From positions 1 to 64,000 of the forward strand of contig JAQGDQ010000366.1 in NCBI GenBank assembly GCA_030141605.1: a stretch of DNA of 64,000 nucleotides. The letters are read 5' to 3'. Below the pieces are notes generated by a model. That model did no database searches. It saw nothing but the letters and a program-made list of their open reading frames with translations, and was not told the origin of the DNA. The translations under genes were made by a program, and so were the position numbers. Positions 25,988-39,365 of the stretch are shown in pieces; the stretch's first letter is position 1, and each line of letters opens with the position of its first letter. Source of the stretch: Tubiluchus corallicola (lineage: Eukaryota > Animalia > Priapulida).

Positions 25988-26262
25988 GTGTTTACTATTA
26001 CTATGGCTATGCGAATTCAAGATGGGGTGGCACGATTGGTACCTAGTGTCATTATCGGGGTAATATTCTGAGACGAGCAATACAACTGGCAGAGGTGGTT
26101 TACCCACGCTTTGATGTATGGGACATCAGTCCCCAGCAAGGTGAGCAGTCAAAATCGGCATGGCGAGTAGAATGAGTGTTGGATCGAGTGGTCTTCCGTC
26201 CATATACTATCCCAGCGTTGCTTAACTTCAGTTGTTAAGCGAGCGCCACGACCACTGAGCTA
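25988..26262 (-). mobile_element. SINE with a tRNA-like A-box followed by a 5S rRNA-derived segment
   Basis: Minus strand tagctcagtggtcgtggcg...actgaagttaagcaacgctgggatagtatatggacggaagacc resembles the 5S A-box/C-box region; short (tagtaa) tail. Confidence 0.6.
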
Positions 26263-26442
26263 TTTTTCTTGCTCATCGTGAGCGAATTCTGCTTTTTCTT
26301 TCTAGAACAATTTGAATTTCATCACGAAATATTGTTGATCTTGTTGTTGTCGTTGTCATTGTCGCTGTCATTGTTGTCGCTGTTTTCGTTGTCGTTGTTG
26401 CTGTTGTCGTTGCTAGTGTTACTGTTATTGTTCTAATTTCAG

Positions 26443-26516
26443 ATAACAATGATTCTAAACTGGTAAACCTTCCGAGAAGAGATTCGTCGATTAACGAGAA
26501 CGTATCCATTGACGTG
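26443..26516 (+). CDS. EPS8: EPS8-like coding exon 6
   Basis: (N)NNDSKLVNLPRRDSSINENVSIDV leads into the conserved 'DV..LNH..DDIE' motif; phases 1 to 0. Confidence 0.85.
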
Positions 26517-26842
26517 GTATGTCAGTTTTACTAATCAGTGCATTCAGAATACGAAATGTAACATGTTTTAAGGCAGGCTTAGGTCGACCTTGCAATGCAT
26601 TGCAACTGTGAGCAACCGAAGACTCGGTAACTGGCTGCACCTAGCAGCATACGGTATGCCGCTTGTTCTGAGTATACAAAGTCGTCGTAACACAGCTTAC
26701 GGTGCAACGCATTGCAACTGAGAGCAACCAAAGCTCGGTAACTGGCTGCACCTGGCAGCATACGGTACGCCGCTAGTTCCGAGTATATAAGGTCGTCATA
26801 AACAAGCTTACAATGCAACGCAACTCAGTTCCAGCAAGCAGT

Positions 26843-27316
26843 ATTACTTTATTTCACTTTACGCTGAAGGTCTTACTTTATTTCACTCAATGCTATAAGT
26901 CTAAATTCATTTTACTCTAAGCTGAAAGTTTACTTTATTTCACTTTACGCTGAAGGTCTTACTTTATTTCACTCAATGCTATAAGTCTAAATTCATTTTA
27001 CTCTAAGCTGAGAGTGTTACTTTATTTCACTAAGCTGAGTCTTACTTTATTTCACTCTAAGCTGAAAGTCTTACTTTATTTCACTCTAAGCTGAAAGTCT
27101 TACTTTATTTCACTCTAAGCTGAAAGTCTTACTTTATTTCACTCTAAGCTGAAAGTCTTACTTTATTTCATTTTACGCTGAAAGTCTTACTTTATTTCAC
27201 TCTAAGCTGAAAGTCTTACTTTATTTCATTTCACGCTGAAAGTCTTACTTTATTTCACTCTAAACTGAAAGTCTTACTTTATTTCATTTCACGCTGAAAG
27301 TCTTACTTTATTTTAG
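26843..27316. repeat. 29-bp minisatellite, ~16 copies, abutting an EPS8 splice acceptor
   Basis: gtcttactttatttcactctaagctgaaa unit. Confidence 0.93.
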
Positions 27317-27443
27317 TACACGCTGAATCACTGTTTTGACGACATTGAAAAATTCATAGCAAAGATGCACCAGATCACAGCAGCGTACAAGGAGCTGAAA
27401 CAGCGCCACCAGGGTAGAAATAGCAGAACTTTCACACACGGAG
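27317..27443 (+). CDS. EPS8: EPS8-like coding exon 7
   Basis: YTLNHCFDDIEKFIAKMHQITAAYKELKQRHQGRNSRTFTHG resembles EPS8 'ILNHILDDIEFFITKLQ'. Confidence 0.93.
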
Positions 27444-28798
27444 GTAAGGCATCTGACATCTGGAATTGCTTAACTTATTACTAAATAACTCTGCATTGTA
27501 GCTCGAGCGTGGCGGTCTTTCGTGGAGTTCGCTACCTCAGCAGCTTTCTGAAAATTTCTTCCAAGTCCAGTAGTTGCAAAACATTCGTTGGTGTTCGCTG
27601 TAGTAGCAAAAAGGTCGTCGAACATTCGCAAACTTGTCGCAAAAAGTCGTCGAACATTCGCGAATTTGTCGCAAATTAATCGCGATGTTTGTCAACAATT
27701 TAAAAATCCACGCAAACGTTTTGCAACGCTTTTGCGAACGCTACGACGAGTTCGCGACGATTTTTCGTGCGTTTAGCAACTTTTTTGCCGAAACTCGGTC
27801 GCGTCTCACTTTTTCTGTGCTTTTATGGTTGAGCATTGTTATGTGTGTGCATTTGCATGTGTGCACGTGTATGCTTGTGTGTGTGTGTGTGCCTGGGTAG
27901 TTACAATGTGTTCTGATGGGCGAAGGCAGGTCCAAGCTTGTGGTTGTGGCAATTTAAGCGACGTGCCTGGTAAATGCTGCTCACCTCATTCAGGACCGTA
28001 AGCATTTGCTGCATTTTGCACGGGTTCATGAAAAACTGCTCTCACTAAGCAACGATTATGTTATATGTGACAATTTTTGTGGGTTTCTATTCCACACACA
28101 GTGGATTTTCGTGCAGAATTATATATGAATTGCATTTCCTTACATTAGACAAATTAAAAATCGAATTTTGACAAATAAATTGGAAAAAAAATTTCAGTAA
28201 CTGCAATGTTTGCACTGTAAGAATCTACAGTATCATTTGTGTGAAATCAGCAAATGCAGAAAATTTCAACTATCCAGACACAACACTCTGATTCACTTTG
28301 GCCTCAAATCTACTCTATTTTTAATGAGAAATTCCTGTTAAAAGATGAAACGACCTTAATTTGTCATTGGCTGATGGGTTGGTTTTTCCTAGAACAGCAG
28401 CAGAACGCTGCACAGCTTGGGCTGTAGCAAGCAGGCAATCAGTAAAATAATGTGTACGATCACGCAAGTGTGCACCAGACTAAGCTACTCGATAAGCTAA
28501 GTTGGAGTGCCTGAAAAGGGCGTGTTTTTTTTTTATTTTATCCAATTATGTCACTTGTAAATGTTTAAACAAATAGCAGGATTGGATAGTCGATATTCTC
28601 CTCAATAGAACAGTACCTAATTTGTAATCATTTAGTTATGTCTGTGCTCATACAGTAGCAGAAAAGTCATAGATCTGATGAGCCATATTTTGAACGATAC
28701 CGTGCCGAAGGAGTTAACCTAAAGATTTTTTTCATTTTACCGAATTTTTAATTACTTAATTATCACTTGATGCTAATTGAATATTTATCTCTTTCTAG

Positions 28799-28887
28799 AC
28801 GGGATATTAGCATTACGCAGCGCCCCTCCCCCGGGCGAAGATTTTGTTGACATATTCAGGAAATACAAACTTACGTTCAACTTGCTG
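28799..28887 (+). CDS. EPS8: EPS8-like coding exon 8 (EGFR-binding region)
   Basis: (D)[29 protein letters not shown] resembles EPS8 '[29 protein letters not shown]'. Confidence 0.93.
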
Positions 28888-30000
28888 GTAAGTCTGGCAT
28901 ATGTGTGCTAACCAATAGTTGGATTGAGTTAACAGAATTTAAAAATAGAACCATTAAAAATGCAGCAACTAGTTCAGTCTTAAGCAAGAAGATATAAGCA
29001 AGGGCGTGTTTGTCGTGAAGCTCACGATTTCTTGATTTTATTCTTATTTTGAGATTGATAGCTGGTAACTCATACAAACGTAAGGCAGGTAGACAAAAAT
29101 TCAAAGCTTCAACAACTAACCTTAGAAAAACTTTAAAATTCCCAATCATTGAAGCACACAAAGAATATTTTACTCTGCTTTTTATATTTTACAGATAACA
29201 TTGTAAGCATGTGACTTGAGAGAGAGAGAGAGAGTAATGTATGGTATCACTACTGATTCATAAAATAAAGTTTTATGAAATGTAAAAAGACCCTCACCTG
29301 TATTCCACTTTACTGATCAGTGTCTTAGCCAAGTATTCATAGTATTAACCAATAGGCTAACTAGGCTATAGCCTATTGCGCCAAAGTTTGAGGTTGTCAC
29401 GTTTTAGAAAAAATTCTCATTTACTCTATATACACAGGAAAATGTGTACATGTGCTTTCATATTCGTGTAAAAGACGCATTTTATAACACACCGCAGGCA
29501 GTTACTGACTGCAGCTTTTATATACCACAGGCAGTTACTGACAGCAGCTTTTATATAAGTGCCACGTGACGAACAGGTGCAAGGTATTACAGAAGAAGCA
29601 GTTGTGTAGCCCGCTTGAATATAAGCGCTATGCAAATACATGTAATTAATAATGACCACGTAGAAACTAGATTAATAGTGTTTCTAACACACCACAAGTA
29701 ATTGTTTAAGCTGCGCATTACATAAACAATCGTAACAGCTAAGGGCGTCGTAAAATGTTGCTACGCCCCTACATTTGAGAGACATGTTTATTATCGTCAT
29801 AACGCCTGTTACCCTGCTCTAAGGGCTTCATCAGGCACCATGAAACAAGTCAAATATAACATTATTGACCAAAACACATTTATGCAAAAGTTTCACAAGT
29901 TATGCATTGAGCATCAGTAATAAACTTACCAGAATTCGACTAAATTGTCGCAGAAAGTTGAATATTTGCACAGCTATATTGTGTCACTCTGTATTTTTAA

Positions 30001-31001
30001 AGCACAACAGTCTTCATAAATGAAGCTTAATAATCGAAATGCATACAGTCTTGTTGCATACAGAGCTTGCATTACCAGTAACCCAGTATAAAACTTGTAA
30101 GTTTAACGGAAAACCGGATGATTGTGTAAACACGAGTTCAGAACAAAGAATGCTCTAAAATATTGAAATGTGAAAGCTTTTTTTAAATCAAAGCTTAGAT
30201 TAAATAATAATTACCTTGGATACTCAAATTTCGTTAAACTTTCAAAGCTACGCGCGGCTCAGTGAATCTACTAAGATTGGCAACGGTGCTTTTTTGTCAC
30301 ATTCGTGTGATCGACAAATAGAAGGCGGTACCGTGATAACCATGATCATGAACTGCTGTGTTAGTTTCATATGACGTCATATGATGTAGAGCCCATTTTC
30401 GTGACATGCGTTTAAATAGTACTGTAACACCTATGCAAATGTGCTTGATGCGCAAGGGAAGACGCCTGCCATTGCACAAACTGTGGTTAGTTTCTGACGT
30501 AAGCAATAGCTGTGTTCGGTTGCCGTTAATTAACTTTCTAAGGTAATTATTCAAATATACGGAACAATTGTTAACTTTTATAGGCAAGAAAATGTATATT
30601 TTGGACAGTAAATTAAAATGAGAGTGAGTCTAAACAATCGTCCAGTTTTCCTTTAAGCTCGCTAGGTGCAAAATTTTGACGGTGGGTTGTTTGAAACAAG
30701 TTTAGATAACATAGTGTAAAGTTTGAAAAATGACCAGAGCCATTTGTAGCACATTGTTGGTAAGCAAAAATTGAAATGACTTTATATTATCAGTAAAATT
30801 AATGAGGCCATAATGTGTTTTTGATGAACCACTGGTGCACACTGGGATGGCGATACAGCGAAGTTTCACCAGTTGGTGCGGACATTTTATATTTCTTTTT
30901 CAATTACATGCGTCTTTCAAACACGTAAGTATAATGCAAAGTAATATAACTGTATTTAGAACGTTTTTAGCATATGCATTAAGATTCCGTTGTCTTCTCC
31001 T
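30001..31001 (+). mobile_element. Kolobok-like MITE family E with family C nested at an internal TTAA; related fragments at 17897-18075 and 49703-50170
   Basis: TTAA|agcacaa start and cct|TTAA end; host sequence resumes after the insert and aligns with the uninterrupted copies. Confidence 0.7.
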
Positions 31002-31040
31002 TTAAATTGACTGAAATTAACTCTGATTTTTTACAACTAG

Positions 31041-31276
31041 GGAAAGTTGAAAGGTGAGCTGAGAGATCCCAACGCGGCAGAACTGGTGCATTTCATCTTC
31101 ACGCCCTTGGCTCTGATAGTTCAAGCTAGCATAGACAGCTCGGGCGGGGAGAACATTGCCGGATCCATTATTACGCCGCTAATGACCGAATTGGCCGTTG
31201 ACTTGCTGTCAAACTGTCTAAGCAGCAAGGAGTCGGTGATGTGGCAATCGTTAGGAGAAGCGTGGACAGTGCCCAG
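31041..31276 (+). CDS. EPS8: EPS8-like coding exon 9
   Basis: GKLKGELRDPNAAELVHFIFTPLALIV...WQSLGEAWTVP(R) carries the hallmark 'P.A.LVHFLF.PL' and 'W.SLG..W' motifs. Confidence 0.95.
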
Positions 31277-31295
31277 GTATCTTGAAATACGCGTA

Positions 31296-32190
31296 CATTC
31301 ATATCTCGGTTTGCCGCACCTCGCTTTTACGGATATGGGTAGAATCGGACAAAAACCTGGACCGCTAATAGTCCCCGCATAATACGGACACCGCCCGTTA
31401 TTTCTCGAGCTGACCGCTACTTGGCATGCCATCACTTTTGTTTACATCATTACAAGAGTGTAACCACGTGTATATCTCTATATATATAAAAATAACATAT
31501 CATTTGAGGCGTTAGTTTGAGTCAATAGCTTAAAGTTTTTACAGACTTGCATAGACAATTGCATACGTTTTTGAGACAATTAGACGATTGATTTTACATT
31601 ACCTTGAGTCTAATATGTCAGGAGCGGCCCTGACTAGACGTTTTTGGGACAATTAGGCGATTGATTCTACATTACCGTGAGTCTAATATGTCAGAAGCGG
31701 CCCCTACTAGACGTTTTTGAGACAATTAGGCAATTGATTCTACATTACTGTGAGTCTAATATGTCAGGAGTGGCTCGTACTAGACGTTTTTGAGACAATT
31801 AGGCGATTGATTCTACATTACCGTGAGTCTAATATGTCAGGAGCGTCCCATACTAGACGTTTTTGAGACAATTAGGCAATTGATTCTACATTACCTTGAG
31901 TCTAATATGTCATGAGTGGCCCGTACTAAACGTTTTTGAGACAATTAGGCGATTGATTCTACATTACCGTGAGTCTAATATGTCAGGAGTGGCCCGTACT
32001 AGACATTTTTGAGACAATTAGACGATTGATTCTACATTACCATGAGTCTAATATGTCAGGAGTGGCCCGTACTAGACATTTTTGAGACAATTAGACGATT
32101 GGTTCTATATTACCGTGAGTCTAATATGTCAGGAGCGGCCCGTACTAGATGTTTTTTAGACAATTTGTCCGGCAAACCGAGATATGAGTA
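31296..32190 (+). mobile_element. pogo-like MITE (same family as 12030-12476) with 8 internal 73-bp tandem units
   Basis: Same TIRs; unit starts at 31608, 31681, ... 32119. Confidence 0.85.
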
Positions 32191-32329
32191 TAATATTAAA
32201 ATTAATATAAAGAATCTGTAAAAATATTTTTTTCATTGTTTTTATTCCTGCGATGAAACTGCGTTTCTTACATCGCCAGAGGCAAGACCAATGGTCAATC
32301 AAGATAATGGGTCTGCGATCAGGGTGTCA

Positions 32330-33060
32330 AATGTGAATGCAAATCTAGAAAAGTGGAATTCTTATGCCTAATTTATCTGTTGTTGATGAGCGGTTCATGT
32401 TCCTTGTGAAGTGCGTGAGGTAGTAGTTAATGGGTAAACAATTTTTACAACCAAGAATTCCAAAGATAAGAGGCCCGGGCGAAAAACTGCATTCTACGGC
32501 ACCGTTTGTGTCATCAAAAATCTTTGAAAATGCAAGTATCTATGGAACTACATCATTAGGCATGCGAGTTGTGGAGAATGGTTGCTCTTTTGTTGGTAAA
32601 TATTGTTTAGATATATATTTCGGTGGTATAGGGCGTTTGGTATTTATACGTATTGATAAAATGTCTATTCGGCAGTCGATGTGTCAAATGCAACGTTTCG
32701 ATTCAACGGCTCACCGGGAGGAAGGGGTGGGGGAAACCTCCAAAAATGGCAGTTTTTCGCCCATTTTTTGCAAAACTTATACCTCTTATTTCCTGTTCAA
32801 TGGTGGCTGTAGTAGGCATATTTTGAATTCGTTTCCTGTGACATGCGTTTTCCCGGACCCAACTCCTGATTTTTTCAAAATTTTGACCAAACTGCTTGTA
32901 GAAAAAACGTTTAACTAGCGGCGCCTGGTGGGAAACTCGGAAAGAGATATGTAGCTCTTTAGAAAGAGGAAGAACAGGGCTGCACAATGATGTGGGTAAC
33001 ATTTTAGGATGTCTCCACTGAAAGGAGTGGCGACGAGATGATTGGAGGTTCCATTTTGGG
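32330..33060 (-). mobile_element. Degenerate CR1-like LINE fragment
   Basis: Frameshifted minus-strand FARASYLWNS...CLPINYYLTHFTRNMNR resembles the CR1 RT C-terminus. Confidence 0.35.
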
Positions 33061-33229
33061 CAATTCTGACGTCATCCATTTTACTCTGCCTGTAATTTTG
33101 CTTCAGTAAAAGCTGCTACTGGCTTTGTGTTATAAATGAGGACTATGTAGGATGTTCGCATATTATTGATTATAAGTGTATTTATTTGCAAATTTTTTTG
33201 CGGGGCCTTTGGTAGTATTGTAATTATTT

Positions 33230-34463
<1,234 letters not shown>

Positions 34464-34482
34464 ATACTCATGCCATTTGTAG

Positions 34483-34633
34483 GTATGGACGCAGTCCGTC
34501 TATCATTCCATATAATCCCATATTTTATGATGGATGGTCGCCTGGCTATGACTATGCAGACATGGACCCCACTGCGGACTTGAGTCGAAGGTCTTCGGTT
34601 GCAGAACCAGAGAGGACGAGCCCAAGGCCAACG
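34483..34633 (+). CDS. EPS8: EPS8-like coding exon 10
   Basis: YGRSPSIIPYNPIFYDGWSPGYDY... resembles EPS8 'PPYVPRFRNGWEP'; phases 2 to 0. Confidence 0.9.
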
Positions 34634-34711
34634 GTAAGATTGTCTTCGTATAACCTACGCGATGTTCTAAGATTTGTGGTGCTCCAGGGTGTTGATGGCT
34701 GTCGTCACTAA

Positions 34712-35687
34712 AGGCACGTTCAGACTGGGGAGCTTTCTTGCCAAGTTAACTCGCCGTATGTGTGCTTGCACAGCAAAATCGTCCATAAGTTGGCAGTTAA
34801 GCTTTTCTAGTTATTCACATATTCTGAATTTCCATTTCACGAGGATCATTTTGATACCAAGTTCATCACTCTATGTTATTTCTAAGCTGAGATAATCCAC
34901 ATTGAAGTTGAGGTGCAGGCTGTGCACTGAAAAACATAATCTTGAGAAAATCACTGTTAAAGTCAGCCATTGTTTTTTGTTGCGTTTCTACAAACACTTA
35001 GCAACCGTACAAATGTTGGTTGCTATGGACTTTGCAAGAACACATTGAAGTTATGTTTAAATCCAGTAGATGGCTCTTCCTGATGAAGATCTGAGCTTGG
35101 CAACAGAAAAAACCCAAAGCAAAATGACTGCTTCCACGAGCTACTATCAGAGTTTGAAAATACAAGTTTTTTACAATTGCAGTACTAGTTTTTAGGCCAG
35201 AGAAGTGAGTACGGGGTAATAAAAATAGATTTTTAGTATTTTTTGAACATTTTCTTGACAATTTGATGCTGGAATATAAAAGTGCAATTGATTTAGCATT
35301 TGTTTTCATAAAAAAAAACAAAAAATTGACGTTCGGCCAAATTTTTCAATGCATTCAACTTTGAAGCATCGTAACATAGTTTAATATATGCCGACTTATG
35401 GACTGTTTTGGTTTGCAAGCACACATGTAATTAACAAAGTAACTAACAATAATGTTTAAACTAGAGAGCAAAACTTGCAGTGATTTACTTTTCCGACAAC
35501 AAGCGTGAGCTGACACTCACTTCTCTATTCACTGCTAGAAGTGTCGAGAGTAACTCGCCCCGAGGCGTTCACACTAGACAGTAAATCCACTCGCAGTAAC
35601 TAACGGAGAGTTTTAGTAACTAGCCGACATTGAGTTTGCCGTCAGAGAGAAAACTCGTGAAGAAAACGTGTTAGTCTGAACATGCCT
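34712..35687. mobile_element. PIF/Harbinger-like MITE
   Basis: TAA|aggcacgttcagact...agtctgaacatgcct|TAA: TIR plus 3-bp TAA target duplication. Confidence 0.75.
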
Positions 35688-36640
35688 TAAAGGAAAGAGC
35701 AAGTAACTTAGCATGTTGGGTTTATTTTATTGTTATCATTTAAACTGTTTGTGGTGTGCTAAAGGGAAGAACAAGTTACTCAGTATGTTGGGTTTATTTT
35801 ACTGTTATCACTTAAACTGTTTGTGGTGTACTAAAGGAAAGCACAAGTCACTTAGCATGTTGGGTTTATTTTACTGTTATCTCTAAAACTGTTTGTGGTG
35901 TGCTAAAGGAAAAAACAAGTCACTTAGCATGTTGGGTTTATTTTACTGTTATCTCTAAAACTGTTTGTGGTGTGTTAAAGGAAAGAACAAGTCACTTAGC
36001 ATGTTGGGTTTATTTTACTGTTATCGTTTAAACTGTTTGTGGTGTGCTAAAGGGAAGAACAAGTTACTCAGTATGTTGGGTTTATTTTACTGTTATCACT
36101 TAAACTGTTTGTGGTGTGTTAAAGGAAAGAACAAGTCACTTAGCATGTTGGGTTTATTTTACTGTTGTCACTTAAACTGTTTGTGGTGTGCTAAAGGGAA
36201 GAACAAGTTACTTAGTATGTTGGGTTTATTTTACTGTTATCACTTAAACTGTTTGTGGTGTACTAAAGTAAAGCACTAGTCACTCAGTATGTTGCGTTTA
36301 TTTTACTGTTATCACTTAAACTGTTTGTGGTGTACTAAAGGAATGCACTAGTCACTCAGTATGTTGGGTTTATTTTACTGTTATCACTTAAACTGTTTGT
36401 GGTGTGCTAAAGGGAAGAACAAGTTACTCAGCATGTAGGGTTTATTTTACTGTTATCACTTAAACTGTTTGTGGTGTACTAAAGGAAAGCACAAGTCACT
36501 TAGCATGTTGGGTTTATTTTACTGTTATCACCTAAACTGTTTGTGGTGTACTAAAGCACAAGCACAAGTCACTTAGCATGTTGGGTTTATTGTACTGTTA
36601 TCACAAACTGTTTGTGTGTACTAAAGGAAAGCACAAGGAA
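35688..36640. repeat. 72-bp minisatellite, ~13 copies (same family as 7770-8260)
   Basis: Same unit sequence. Confidence 0.95.
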
Positions 36641-36915
36641 AGGAAACGCGCTTATTGCAGTTTTTTACTAATTCCTTCTAAAAATTTTCACAAATATTGA
36701 AGTAAGCCTAACTTTCCAGCAGGCTTGACTTTTCCTTTAATGCTGATTTGTTTTCTAAATGGAGTGTATACAGATTGTAGCCCCTACTTATCGTTCAACA
36801 AAAAGTTAACAGAAACTTATGTCCTGTTTGGCTTGCGTATATAAAAATTTAGTATATTTTCTCTATGAGTATTTATACATACCCGGTAGGTATCATCTTT
36901 AAATGATCTAATGTT

Positions 36916-37751
36916 CAGTTTGTCCTCGCTTAACGACGCTAATGCGTAAATTGCGACGTTAAACGAAACGTCGTTAAGTGAAACGTCGTTAAACGAAACC
37001 AAGACTTCCATAGAAAGTAATGTAAAAGAATTAGGATACGTTCCAGAGGCATAAATCAATGCTGCCTAGATCATATAAATTAAATGTTTTATGAGTTTTA
37101 CTCGTGTTTCTACTGATTAATTTCTTTCTACTTGCTTAAAAACACCTACGTATCTTACTTACCTAACTAGCGGTTTCTCTTTCGTTAGCATTTAAGTCTA
37201 GGCGGCGGTTAAGCAACAGACCCTGCAGCAGAGTCAAAGCCAAGCGTTGAGTGACTGGGAGTATGATCTAGTCTGGTTGCTATAGCAACAGGTTGCGGAC
37301 AAAATCCCCTGCATAAAGTTTGCTCCCAGATCTCGCTTGATGCAAACGGCTAGCATTTAGTGGTCAGTCGGAAAGCAAAAACTTTTATACTTGTATAATA
37401 ATTGCACTGTTTACATTACTAGTGCATGTTTAGAACAGAATAACACAATATGTACTGCCCTAATGCATCAAATTATGTAAAAAAGGTTGCTGATGGAATA
37501 AAAACTGCTCAAGCAAAATAAAAAAATCGTCGTTAAAACGAAACGGTGCATCATTAAGTGAAGAAATGGTGTCAAATGTTTAGCGTCGTTAAAATGAAAC
37601 GGTGGGTCATTAAGTGAAGAAATGGTGTCAAATGTTTAGCGTCGTTAAAATGAAACGGTACGTCGTTAAGTGAAGAAATGGTGTCAAATGATCACCGTCG
37701 TTAAAACGTAACATCGCCCAGTTAGCGAAGTCGTTAAGCGAGGACTTACTG
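36916..37751. mobile_element. Tigger/pogo-like MITE with an internal ~57-bp triplication (37528-37705)
   Basis: cagtttgtcctcgcttaacgac...gtcgttaagcgaggacttactg TIR. Confidence 0.75.
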
Positions 37752-37917
37752 AAACTTCTGCATTTTGGTTATAAAAAAAAATATTTTTAACAAGACATTT
37801 TTTAAAAAGAAACATTTGCTAATGAGACGATACAACATCGTAGTTGAAACGGCATGAGATTTTATTTTACATCCAAATAACGGGGAATTTGTATATTCAC
37901 ATTTTTTGTGCGAACAG

Positions 37918-38003
37918 GCAAACGAAGCAGAGGCACAGTACAGCAGCATTTATCCAAAGAAGGATCGACCCACTTACCAACATAATTACACATACGATAC
38001 GGC
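37918..38003 (+). CDS. EPS8: EPS8-like coding exon 11 (linker)
   Basis: ANEAEAQYSSIYPKKDRPTYQHNYTYDT; phases 0 to 2 exactly bridge the neighbouring exons; gtatgt donor. Confidence 0.75.
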
Positions 38004-38847
38004 GTATGTATATACTTCGTATTTATCTAACCTATTTAACTGTTTTACACGTTTGTGTGCTGCGAGTAGCGCAATGTACAGGGACATGTGTTTTTAAAGC
38101 GCTCTATCAGTTTAGCAAAGGCCACTGACATTAATTCATTGGAGCTAAATCTACGGCATTAGCATGAATTAAAGTTTACAGCTAGATGGAGCCACTTTGG
38201 CCGCAAAATTAAAATTTAATAAATGACAAGAAAATGGCCAACCAAAGTAAGCCTCAGAAAATTCGCAATGAAAAATTATATCGCCTAAGCATAATCTTAA
38301 GCGAATAAAGTACTCACCTTTTCGCATTTACTCCAATCTTTGTAAAATATTTTAACCGCTGTAGTAAACGTTGGCGCAGACATGTTTCATTTGGTCCGCC
38401 AATTGAAAAGCCGACATGTGACTGATCACGTGGCATGACATCACTCGAACACAGCCGCAGTGAGTTCTGAGCACGTGTACTATAAAGATTTGTGTTGTGG
38501 TTCTGTGACGCCATCTAATATGGCGCCGCCGTGACAGTCTCGCGGGAGTATTTAAAATGAAAACAAACAGGAAATTCTTTAAACGTGAGTATGATAAACG
38601 CTTAAGATTGTCTCCAACCGTTATAATTCTTTAGCGAAAATTTTCTGAAATTTGCTTTAACTAGGCCTTTTCTTGTCATTTAAGTCATGTTCACACTGGC
38701 TTTAATACGCAGATTTTCAGCCAGTCGCATAAATCCACATATTTTGATGATGCTGATTTTGTGGTCGAGGATAAACGAGAGAGTGATATGATCTTCTCTG
38801 GGAAGGATACTGCCCTTTCTTGTTTTCTGACAACACTTTCATTGTAG

Positions 38848-39365
38848 GGTAACAAGAGAGGAAACAGAAGTGAAGCAGCCGAGTCCGGTTCCCATCACTT
38901 CGCGGGACAGAAAAATCTGCGAAGTGACGGCGGACAGAGTCGGCAAGAACGAGAAGGAGCTGACGTTGATCGCCGGCGAGCTCATCGAGATCCTGGACGA
39001 CCGCAAGAACTGGTGGAAGGCGAGGAACTCCTCCGGCGACGAGGGCTACGTTCCGTGCACCATACTGAAACCGTCGTCGGAAACCGAACTCTTCCGTCCC
39101 TGGGATCCGCCCCTGCCCGCGCCGAAGTCGCCGCCGGCCGAGACGTACAAGCCCACCTCGCCACCCGTCGTCCGCGCACCGACATCGCCTCCGGTCAGCC
39201 ACAAGTCGACTTCCACCCTCGTTAACTACAAAAACTACAAAACAACAGCTACCAACACGAGTCCACAATTAAAGCCAAGGTCACCGTCGCCGCCACCGGC
39301 TCCGGTGGTAATTCCGATAGTGGAGCCGCCCCAACCAAAACCACTGGTTCTCAAAAACCCAGTTG
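38848..39365 (+). CDS. EPS8: EPS8-like coding exon 12 (SH3 domain plus Pro-rich region)
   Basis: ADRVGKNEKELTLIAGELIEILDDRKNWWKARNSSGDEGYVPCTIL is an EPS8-type SH3 (Ile in place of the usual Tyr after GYVP). Confidence 0.95.

Noticed and set aside
25977-26070. Strong acceptor ctgcag at 25976 as an extra EPS8 exon
   Set aside because: Downstream sequence is the antisense SINE tail, and exons 25903 and 26443 already join in phase; at most a cryptic site.
32430-32918. 162-aa plus-strand ORF as a nested gene
   Set aside because: No recognisable domain; better explained as the antisense of a decayed LINE fragment.
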